From: Obrimoposthia wandeli
Lineage: Eukaryota
DNA: 64,000 nucleotides
Direction: 5' to 3'
Assembly: GCA_977020255.1 (NCBI GenBank)
Contig: CDROCS010003087.1
Span: 124,001 to 188,000, forward strand
Shown here piece after piece: positions 1-9,500 of the stretch (the first letter of the stretch is position 1; the number at the start of each line of letters is the position of its first letter). The notes beneath the pieces were generated by a model that was given only the letters and a program-made list of their open reading frames with translations, was not told the DNA's origin and searched no databases. Both the position numbers and the translations under genes were made by a program.

Positions 1-1
1 G

Positions 2-3000
2 AATCCATCTCTCTCAATCAACGTATTTACATTCAATAGGTTCTCTAATGTGCAAACAGATGGGGATATCTTCAAAAATCCCTATGTGGATGTCATTTAC
101 AGGACCACAAACCCGGACGCTAAGCCAATCAATCTTCTCATTTTAGAAAATAATGATAATTTTCATTATGTCGGTATTCCTAAACTCAATAGGCTGCTTA
201 ATTATAGGAACAGAGGTGTATCTAATCGCATCCAGTGTACTTGGTGCCATAAGTGTCTTCATGGCTTCCGGAGACCAATAAGTTACGCCAAACACGTTCC
301 ACTCTGTAGGATGAATTTAGATCATAAAACGCTTTATTCAATGCTTACAGAGAAGCATATTGAGTTTAAGGACTTTTCAGAAACGATTTCTCCGCCTTTT
401 GCTGTTTACGCGGACTTTGAGGCTGTGCTGCCGCCACATGGAATCCACCATCAGATTCAGCTTCCAATCTCGGCCGGTATGCTCATGTCTCCCGTTGCAG
501 CCACGAGAGGGTATACACATGATTACTCGGTCTTTATCGGAGAATCTTGTGTGGTATCCTTTTTGCAGAAATTAGAGGACTTGGCGAAAGAGGTTGTACT
601 CCCATGGTACAAAAAGCATGCGATCGAGGTGATCCGACAACTCACACAGGAACAGGTATCGAGTTTCAATGCAGCAAGAATCTGTTATCTGTGTAAGAAG
701 AAACTCGCAAACAAAGTTCGAGATCACGATCACATGACTGGCGAATACCTGGGAGCAGCGCATACGAAATGCAACTTATCAAGGAGAATCAATCGATCTT
801 TTCCCGACATTTTTCACAATCTTATGGGTTATGACATGCACCATATATTGAAGCACGCACTATGCAAGTTTCCCGACTGGAATGTATCTGTTATACCTCA
901 ATCAACAGAGAAATTCCAGGCTATGATGGTGTATATTGGAGGAGTCTGTATACGTTTCATCGATTCCCTTCAATTTTTGAACAGCAGCTTAGAAAAACTT
1001 GTGGAAAACCTGGGTGTGACTCCTCTTACACATTCGCTCTTCCCGCAACATCTGGTGAGCGCCAAGGGAATCTTCCCATACGATATGGCAGTATCAGAGA
1101 CTGCTCTTCGCGCAATCACCAGCTTACCGCCAAAGTGGGATGAGAAGATCAAGCCAGCACAATATGAAATGGCGAAGATGGTCTGGACTCAGAGCGGCTG
1201 CTCATCGCTCTGGGACTATATGCTGGTCTATATGAAGATGGACGTCTACCTTCTAGCAGAGGTGTTTACAGCATTCCGGACCAAGGCCATTGCTGACGAT
1301 GGATTGGAGCCACTCAATTTCTTCTCCATCCCTGGTTTGTATTTTACTAATTTTTTCTAATTTTAGACACTAACACATATATATATATATACATGTATAA
1401 GAATAAATGTAGTACTTGTTACTATTGATTGCATAAAGATGCAGGTTTTTGCAATATAGATGCAGCACGTCTTTGTAAGATATGATGATTGTCTTTGTTA
1501 GACACACACGTGACTGTCTTTGTAGGTATAGGTGACTGTCTTTGTTAGATACTCACACACATATATACATGTATAAGAATAAATGTTACTATTGATTACA
1601 TAAAGATGCAAGTATTTGCAATATAGATGCGTGACCGTCTTTGTTAGATAGATGATTTTCACAATGATTTTCACAATGATTTTCACAATGATTTTAATAA
1701 ATGATTTTATTTCCAGGACTGACTTTCGCGAGTGCTTTCAAATCCCTGCTTCGTCCGGCTTCTTCTTCTGCTCCCGTTGTGCGAGTCGAGCTAATACAGG
1801 ATCCAGAAATGTACCGACTCTTCCGGTCTGGGATTCGCGGGAGTATGACATTTGTTAATGAACACCGCGTTGACGCCATCAATGGTACAGAACTTTTGTA
1901 CATTGATGTAAATAATTTGTACGGGTGGGCTATGTCCCAGTGTTTACCTTGTGGTAACTTTTCCTGGGTGACTGATCGGTTAGAGTTGGGGAATATTATT
2001 TCCAGCTTAAAATCAGTAGATTTATCCTGTAGTCGCTTCGCTCATTTATTGGAAATAGATTTATCCATTCCTTTCGAGCTTCATAATAAATTCGACGATC
2101 TTCCCCTTGCTCCCATTAAACAGCGTCCACCAGGGTGTAAGACTGAAAAATTGTTATTAACGCATTACCCTAAGAAACATTATGTTGTGCATTCTAGATT
2201 GCTACAAATGTACGTTAGACTTGGTGCTAAGGTAGATTTTGTATATAGAGCAATACAGTTTGAACAAACTAATGTTTTTTCAAAATATATTGAGGATAAT
2301 TCTCTCAAAAGAGCTGCGGCTACAACAGATTTCGAGCGGGATTATTATAAACTGAAGGTGAATTCTTTATTTGGAAAACTCATTGAGAATCTGATGAAAA
2401 GAATTAACCTCCGGATTTGTAATACTCCACAGAAGCTGGTTACCTATTGCAGTAAAGCCCACTTTCGTAGGACAATCGAAATCGATATGGACCTTATTGC
2501 AGTTTTACTGGATAAGGAAAATATTGTTTTGGATCGTCCTAGTTACATGGGCCAGGCGGTATTAGATTTAAGCAAACATCGTATGTATGAGCTACAATAT
2601 GAGCAGTTGGAGAAATATCGAGTTCAATTTAACTGCGACATTAGAATTATAGCGGGTGACACTGATAGCTTTTTCTTGAAGTGTAATAATGTCAATGTTC
2701 AAGAATCACTGTTACCTGCTATGATTGCTGATGGACTGTTAGATACCTCGAAATTTCCAAAAACCCATCCGCTTTATACGACGTTTAATACAGCGATAGG
2801 AAAATTTAAGGGATTATTTAGTTATAGGCAAGGGATTTTTCTACGACCAAAATCATATAGCCTAGAGACTACAGAAGGTGAATCTCAGATGAGAGCGAAA
2901 GGTATTAGTCTCCGACAGACGAGTATTAGGCACTCTAATTACTTAGCCGTATATGAGAGTGGCGTTAGCGAGCGTGTACAACAACAACGTATAAGCTCGC

Positions 3001-3131
3001 TAAATCATCAACTTTTTACTGTAAGGTTAAGTAAAATTGCCTTAAGCAGTAGTGATGATAAGCGCAAGTGGGTGGAGAAAAACCGTTCTGTCGCCTATGG
3101 TCACTTTTTATACCCGGACGAGGTTGTATAA
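2..3131 (+). CDS. polB: Polinton/Maverick protein-primed family B DNA polymerase (copy 1). 5' end lies outside the window; spliced join(2..1334,1717..3131).
   Basis: Frame is open from position 2. ExoI YADFE, ExoII FHNLMGYD, ExoIII YMKMDV, endonuclease VII-like HDHMTG..AAHTKCN, and polymerase motifs YIDVNNLYG, KLKVNSLFGK and AGDTDS are all intact. The two ORFs join in frame (IPG/LTFASAFK) across a GT-AG intron. Confidence 0.93.
1335..1716 (+). other. Phase-1 spliceosomal intron (382 nt) in polB
   Basis: Donor CCTG|GTTTGT and acceptor TTTTATTTCCAG|GA. Removal gives ATC CCT GGA CTG ACT TTC, matching the uninterrupted paralog FFSIPGLSWASALK at about 8610-8650. Confidence 0.85.
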
Positions 3132-3532
3132 ACGTTTTATATGTGTTGTACATATTTTTATTCTCCTTTGTGATTTTAAGGAATATATGTGTTTGAAATA
3201 CTTGTCTTTATTATAAAATTATTTACATAAATTTGCAGGTTTTTGCAATATAGATGCGTGACTGTCTTTGTTAGATAGATATAGGAACGTTTAAACATGA
3301 TTATCAAATTATATAATACTTTATTTTATAAGTAGATAGTTTAATTTAGTTTAATTTAATTTAGTTTAAATAAATTTATCAAATTATATAATACTTTATT
3401 TTATAAGTAGATAATTTAAATTATAAAACACACACACACACACTAGATGTATTTTGTTGAATTGGTGTTAATACAGTCTTTAGATAAAAAGATATATAGA
3501 TTTAAAGAATGTTACTAAAAATAGAATATTTT

Positions 3533-3847
3533 TGACCTCACCGTGACCTTAAGTTGTCTTCATGACCTTAAGTTGACCTTAAAGTACATTGTCCTCATCA
3601 TGACCTTAACTTGACCTTAAAGTACATTGTCCTCATGACGTCATGACCTTAACTTGACCTTAAAGTACATTGACCTTAAAGTACATTGACCTTAACTTGA
3701 CCTTAACTTGACTTGACCTCATGAGGTCATGACCTACATCTTGTCCTCACCGTGACCTTAAGTTGACCTACATTTTTTGTCCTCAACTTGACCTTAAAAA
3801 AAATTTGTCCTCAAGTTGACCTTAAAAAAATTTGTCCTCAGGGGGGG
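3533..3847. repeat. Array of TGACCT hexamers ending in a G7 run
   Basis: About 17 TGACCT plus one AGGTCA in about 300 nt, many at 11-nt spacing. Confidence 0.9.
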
Positions 3848-4138
3848 CTTTGTTCCAGAAGTCACACATCTACCTACTCTATCATTAGAAATATGGGTAA
3901 TTTGGATAAGAATATAAACAATGGCGTATCACTGGATGAATTCAAAACCAAATATCAATTTTTCACGTTTGTTTTAGCCCCTGACTTTGATATCACGCAA
4001 AACCAATTAGCAAAACAGGGTAATTTACGCCTTGACATCCAGTTTCACAAGTCATTAACAGTCCCAACAAACGTACTGATTTACGGGATTTTTGATTCTG
4101 AGTTTGAAATAACTAAAGGCCGACGTGTGATTGTATGA
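3845..4138 (+). pseudogene. C-terminal fragment of Polinton double-jelly-roll major capsid protein
   Basis: NGVSLDEF..FFTFVLAPDFD..GNLRLDIQF..NVLIYGIFDSEFEI matches the Polinton/adintovirus MCP C-terminus and the MCP pseudogenes at about 15 and 25 kb. It is truncated at the repeat array. Confidence 0.82.
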
Positions 4139-4192
4139 AGTGAGTTTTTTAATTTATGTTTTAAGATTATATTAACAACAAGTACTGTTCAG

Positions 4193-4516
4193 GTGAATGA
4201 AATAACTAGTTTGCTGCTCGGACCACGATTTAAGGGTGTATACCCGTTGGAAAAAATCCCAACATTAACGCCTGGTGGATATATTGTCAATACCCATACC
4301 TCAAATCTTCCTGGAGAACACTGGATTGCGTTATTCGTGAGACGGAATTCTGTAAATGTGTATGACCCTCTTGGATTATACTATCCGGGAAAACCTATCA
4401 AGCATGTAGAGTCTCAAGGAAAACATGTATATTACAACAAAATTCGTTCTCAAAATTCACTGACTACTAATTGCGGTCCACTATGTAACTTATGGTTGTA
4501 TGATCAAACTATATAA
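4193..4516 (+). CDS. Adenain-like (clan CE) cysteine maturation protease of the Polinton
   Basis: Catalytic set GEHW / YDPLG / Q..TTNCG..C is intact. The gene follows the MCP, and a polyA-like AATAAA lies near 4548. The start codon is uncertain (GTG). Confidence 0.87.
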   Translation: MNEITSLLLGPRFKGVYPLEKIPTLTPGGYIVNTHTSNLPGEHWIALFVRRNSVNVYDPLGLYYPGKPIKHVESQGKHVYYNKIRSQNSLTTNCGPLCNLWLYDQTI

Positions 4517-4778
4517 ATGTCAAACCTTTTTATTTGTGTTAATTGGTAATAAAATTTGTATTCAAAAGCGTATTTGTTTTATAAATAGCTTCAACTACCC
4601 TATCGAAATTTTTAAAAAAATTTTTTTTAGAGTTTTGATAAATTAAAAAATTGATTTAAAATCTACTAGTTAAGAGAAAATTAATGGTGTGAATTATTTT
4701 TTAAAATTCAAAGTCTAACGGTGTGAGTATCAGTTATGAATAAATATCATAATTGATTGACCGTAATTAACCTTTATG

Positions 4779-4917
4779 ATCACGTGTGTAGCAACTAGGG
4801 AATAAAGGGTTTTTATTACACATTCCTAGTTTGTAAGTACACACGTGATGTGTGATGTGTGTGCATCTAGGGCAGCAACTACACTGATTGTGAACCATAT
4901 ATAAACAATCAGTGTAG
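4779..4917 (+). promoter_or_regulatory. Putative polB promoter of copy 2: two inverted repeats, the second with TATATAAA in its loop
   Basis: ATCACGTGTGTA/TACACACGTGAT (4779-4790 and 4838-4849); CTACACTGATTGT/ACAATCAGTGTAG (4879-4891 and 4905-4917); TATA at 4898-4905, about 100 nt upstream of ATG 5004. Confidence 0.6.
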
Positions 4918-4950
4918 ATTCATGCATCAATTTTATCACAATTATCAAAA

Positions 4951-5003
4951 GTAAGTATTTTGATTTTATTTTAATTTTATTTAATTTTTTTTTTTTTTTT
5001 TAG
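4951..5003 (+). other. 5'-UTR intron (53 nt)
   Basis: GTAAGT donor, long T tract, and TAG acceptor immediately before ATG 5004. Confidence 0.75.
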
Positions 5004-5109
5004 ATGTCGAAAATTATTTTTGCCTTCAATGGTAAGAAAAGATGGACGATGAAGCCTGTAGTCGATGTTGATGATGATATCGACTTGGATGCGACACCTG
5101 TTAAGAAAG

Positions 5110-5149
5110 GTAATTTTCGATTATTATTTTTAATTTAATTTTCATTTAG
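5110..5149 (+). other. Phase-1 intron (40 nt) in the polB polyprotein leader
   Basis: G|GTAATT...TTCATTTAG|CA joins the 35-codon exon from ATG 5004 in frame to ORF 5152..6402. Confidence 0.78.
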
Positions 5150-5187
5150 CAATGCCCAGTGTCACACCAATATCGATTTCGCCATGG

Positions 5188-5505
5188 NNNNNNNNNNNNN
5201 NNNNNNNNNNNNNNNNNNNNNNNNNNNNNNNNNNNNNNNNNNNNNNNNNNNNNNNNNNNNNNNNNNNNNNNNNNNNNNNNNNNNNNNNNNNNNNNNNNNN
5301 NNNNNNNNNNNNNNNNNNNNNNNNNNNNNNNNNNNNNNNNNNNNNNNNNNNNNNNNNNNNNNNNNNNNNNNNNNNNNNNNNNNNNNNNNNNNNNNNNNNN
5401 NNNNNNNNNNNNNNNNNNNNNNNNNNNNNNNNNNNNNNNNNNNNNNNNNNNNNNNNNNNNNNNNNNNNNNNNNNNNNNNNNNNNNNNNNNNNNNNNNNNN
5501 NNNNN
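5188..5505. other. Assembly gap (N run)
   Basis: Run of N bases. Confidence 0.98.
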
Positions 5506-5684
5506 AATCAGACAATTTCTGATGATGATGAAAAGAAGAAAATGTCAAAAGTTTTTTTATCTTCTGCTCAGTCTCTACTTCCTTCTTCTTCATCTTCTCA
5601 TTCTCATGTTGTTTTGTCTCCATATGATAATCATTTAAATAAACTTTTTGGGGACATAAGTGATATAAAATCTAATTCTCCCGA

Positions 5685-5739
5685 CTGCGATAGCTGCCCG
5701 GTAACTCGGGGCAGTCTAACTCCTGGTATGGGGTCGCAG
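5685..5739 (+). repeat. 55-nt GC-rich motif, copy A (copy B at 11053..11107); can fold as a three-way junction
   Basis: CTGCGA/TCGCAG closing stem plus two internal stems; 7 substitutions between the copies. Confidence 0.7.
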
Positions 5740-5994
5740 AACAAGTTAATTAAATCAAGAGGTTACCCCTTACTTTTTAAACCAGGGACACCTGTTATAT
5801 CACCTGTTAATTCGGTAGAAAATTTCGATGTAAATGAGATATACTCGGGTTTTGAAAATATCCCGTTTAAAAAATCTTTTAATCAGTTAAAGAAAGTTAA
5901 AAATCAAAATATTGATTTAAGTAAACTGAAAACAGAAGGTAGGAGGGGTAAACGATTTCGTCAGAAGCTGCGTAGATTGAGAAAACTACCAGCA

Positions 5995-6213
5995 GATATA
6001 ACAATATTTGCAAATTTATTAGGGTCTTGCAAACCCATTAATATTAGTCCAGGTCTGAAAATTACAGATCTGGCAAATAAATTATATGAAGTCTTCAGGA
6101 CTGACCAAATTTATTTTAACCGTAATGGCATGCCCTTTGAAAGGGAAGCTATTATCGGCGATGTTTTACATGAGGGGGCTATTATCCATGTATACCCTAA
6201 ACTTCGTGGAGGA
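5995..6213 (+). other. Ubiquitin-like domain ending in LRGG within the copy 2 polyprotein
   Basis: About 73 aa, DITIFANLLG...HEGAIIHVYPKLRGG, which parallels the ubiquitin C-terminus ESTLHLVLRLRGG in length and pattern. Confidence 0.72.
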
Positions 6214-8509
6214 AGTAACTTATGTACATTGTACAAGTATTGCACAAACGTTAATCATGGAATAGAATGTCATAGTGTAATGCTTAAATATTGTAAATTT
6301 AAAAGCGGTTTTATTTGTCCACATTGTGATGTGTTATATTGTATTGACTATCAAACATTTTATAATGATCATAAGGGTCATCTGACGTATTTTAAATCTT
6401 AAAAGTCAGCATACAAACGTAAAGTAATGATAGTACCAACAATAGACAACAATAAAATAGCAAAAACTGATAATTTTAATGAAGAGTTTGATGTGGTAGA
6501 CTCGTGGGAACCGGATAGTGTTGTAGAAATTGATACTTATCCTGAAGTTGTAGAAATTATTGAGCCTTTAACCCCTAATGAAATCTTAAATAATAATAAT
6601 ATTGATGAACTTATAGATCAGGACGAGTTTATAACAGAAAATGATATTTTCGACTCACTCCTAACTATTACGGATGATGACTTTGATAATATTGTTACAA
6701 TTAATTCAGATAATACATTAACTTTTAACAATCAAATAGGAGGTGGAATTCAATCAAACCTTGTTTTTGATGTTAGTGGATTAAACATGCTTAAACTATA
6801 CATTAACGATAATATGCTAACTGAACTTACTAGCAGTATAGATGTGTTTGGTCCCTGTAAAATACAGTTTGGTGTTGAAACCGAATTTGTCAATAACGAG
6901 GGTCAACATAAAACATGGCATGTAAGCTGTAAAGCAAATATTTTTGAACAAGATTTTATCACTACAAGAACAGTTGAGCTCAACAATAAAATTGAAATTT
7001 ATAAGGATATGAGTTCGGGATGGTCAGTATTTAAAATTCTGTTGGTATCCTTTAAATTTACTGCACTTTCAAACGTAGCAGGATCATCATTTATAAAAAC
7101 CCCGGTTGCGCTTGCTAAACATTATCTATAGTGAACGTAAATAATACTGATGATCAGTGTTTTAAATACGCTGTTCTCAGTATCCTACACTATAAAGATT
7201 TCAATCGAAACAGACAAAGAGTTGAAAACTATAAGGATTATTTAAATGAACTTATATGCGAGCCTGGTCCTATGAGGATAGACGGCATCAAGGCGTTTGA
7301 AAAATTCAATAATATTTCGATAACAGTATTATCCTATAAACCTACAAAGGTAGAGCCTCATAGTAGTCATCTAGTGTTTAAAAACCCAGATGTTAATGTT
7401 ATTTATAGAACGAGTCTTAAGCAGTGCGAAAAAGTAGTAAACTTGTTGCTGTTGGAACAGAGCAGTAATTATCACTATGCGGGGATTACAAACCTGAATA
7501 GACTTTTAAATACTCAAAAATATAATGTGCGTCTCTTTTGGTGTGATAAATGTTTTTTTTTCGTTTTCGAACCACGATTTCATATGACAAACACAGGGCA
7601 CATTGTAATATTAATACAGATTTAACAACCTTGTTTACAATGCCTAAAGAGATCAAGTGTCAGTTTTCCGACTGGTCTAAATCTATTGCGCCACCATTTG
7701 TTGTATTTGTTGACTTTGAGTCAATACTCGAGCTGCATAATACTTTCAAACACATTCATAAACCAATATATATATAGGGATGATTTTGAAAAACAACACT
7801 AATAATTCAATACAATATTTCAGTTATTACGGTCTGCAGTGTGCTAAAAACTTTGTAGATAAATTAACTGAGTTGATAAATGGTGAAGTGGCAGATTTTT
7901 GGGTAAATAGTATTAATGTTCCTATGGTTTTACTAAATAATAACATGTTGAACTTTAGAGATTGCACTAATTATATCTTTGTAAAAAATTAAACGATCGT
8001 ATGGTTAGAGATCATGATCATATCACGGGTAAATACTTGGGTGCGGCATGCAACAAATGCAATTTAAGTCGCAAGTTTGCAAAGAGACCGGTTTTACCTG
8101 TGGTGTTTCATAACCTTATGGGTTATGATATACATCATATTTTAAAATATGCCGACTTGAAAGGTAAATCCTTTTCAATTATCCCTAAATCAAGTGAAAA
8201 GTTCATGTCCCTCCGTATAGAGATGAAGAGGGGACATTGAAATTATTGATTCATACCTTTAAACGTCAAGTCTTGAATCCTTAGTTTCATACTTTGCCAG
8301 AGTTGTCCTTATACTACACAATACCTAAACCCTAATATTGCAACAAGTAAGGCGGTATTTCCATATGAATATATTAGTGGTGTTGATGGAGGCTTATGGA
8401 GAGGCAGTTACCCATAAATCTGTTTCTTCACTCCGAGTCACTGATCAACAATATAATGAAGCCCTAATGATCTGGACCGTATTAGGGTGTAATACTATTA
8501 AAGACTACA

Positions 8510-9500
8510 TGATTGAGTATATGAAACTTGACGTGTATCTGTTATGTGATGTTTTTGAGGCCTTCAGACAGAAAGTAACGGATGATGATAATCTAGAGGC
8601 GCTCAATTTCTTTAGTATCCCCGGTCTCAGTTGGGCTAGCGCATTAAAAACATTAGAGTATGATGTGGATTTATTGCATGATCCCGAAATGTATAACATG
8701 TTTGAGGCAGGGATACGGGAGGGATGACTTTCATCAATAAACATTACGTTAAAACAACAGATGAAACATTCCTCCTATACATTGACATAAATAACCTATA
8801 TGGCTGGGCCTTGAGTCAACCGTTACCACATACAGATTTTACATGGGTATATGACGGTTTGGAAGCGATAATTGAGCTTATAACTGAGAGGGATATTCAC
8901 AGTAATATGCAGGACTTAAGTCTTAAAGAACATGGATACTTGTTGGAAATTGATTTACGCATACCCATCAGTATTCATGATAAACTTGATGACTTACCGA
9001 TTGCGTGATTGAGTATATGAAACTTGACGTGTATCTGTTATGTGATGTTTTTGAGGCCTTCAGACAGAAAGTAACGGATGATGATAATCTAGAGGCGCTC
9101 AATTTCTTTAGTATCCCCGGTCTCAGTTGGGCTAGCGCATTAAAAACATTAGAGTATGATGTGGATTTATTGCATGATCCCGAAATGTATAACATGTTTG
9201 AGGTAGGATACGGGAGGGATGACTTTCATCAATAAACATTACGTTAAAACAACAGATGAAACATTCCTCCTATACATTGACATAAATAACCTATATGGCT
9301 GGGCCTTGAGTCAACCGTTACCACATACAGATTTTACATGGGTATATGACGGTTTGGAAGCGATAATTGAGCTTATAACTGAGAGGGATATTCACAGTAA
9401 TATGCAGGACTTAAGTCTTAAAGAACATGGATACTTGTTGGAAATTGCTTCGCGCATACCCACTAGTATTCATGATAAACTTGATGACTTACCGATTGCG
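8510..9500 (+). repeat. Tandem duplication (about 495 nt x2) inside polB copy 2
   Basis: 8510..9005 and 9006..9500 are near-identical with a few substitutions and a 1-nt indel. Confidence 0.95.

Noticed and set aside
4135-4192. GTGAGT...TTCAG between the MCP stop and the protease as an intron supplying an ATG
   Set aside because: Joining ATG 4135 to either acceptor (4165 or 4192) gives an immediate stop. The signals may serve another transcript, but the simple model fails.
5152-5638. ORFs 5159, 5162 and 5184 in the track
   Set aside because: They are open only because of the N gap.
5685-5739. Hammerhead, twister, pistol or HDV-like identity for the 55-nt motif
   Set aside because: No CUGANGA/GAAA core, no twister GGUCCYAAGCCC, and no HDV nested pseudoknot could be assigned by eye.
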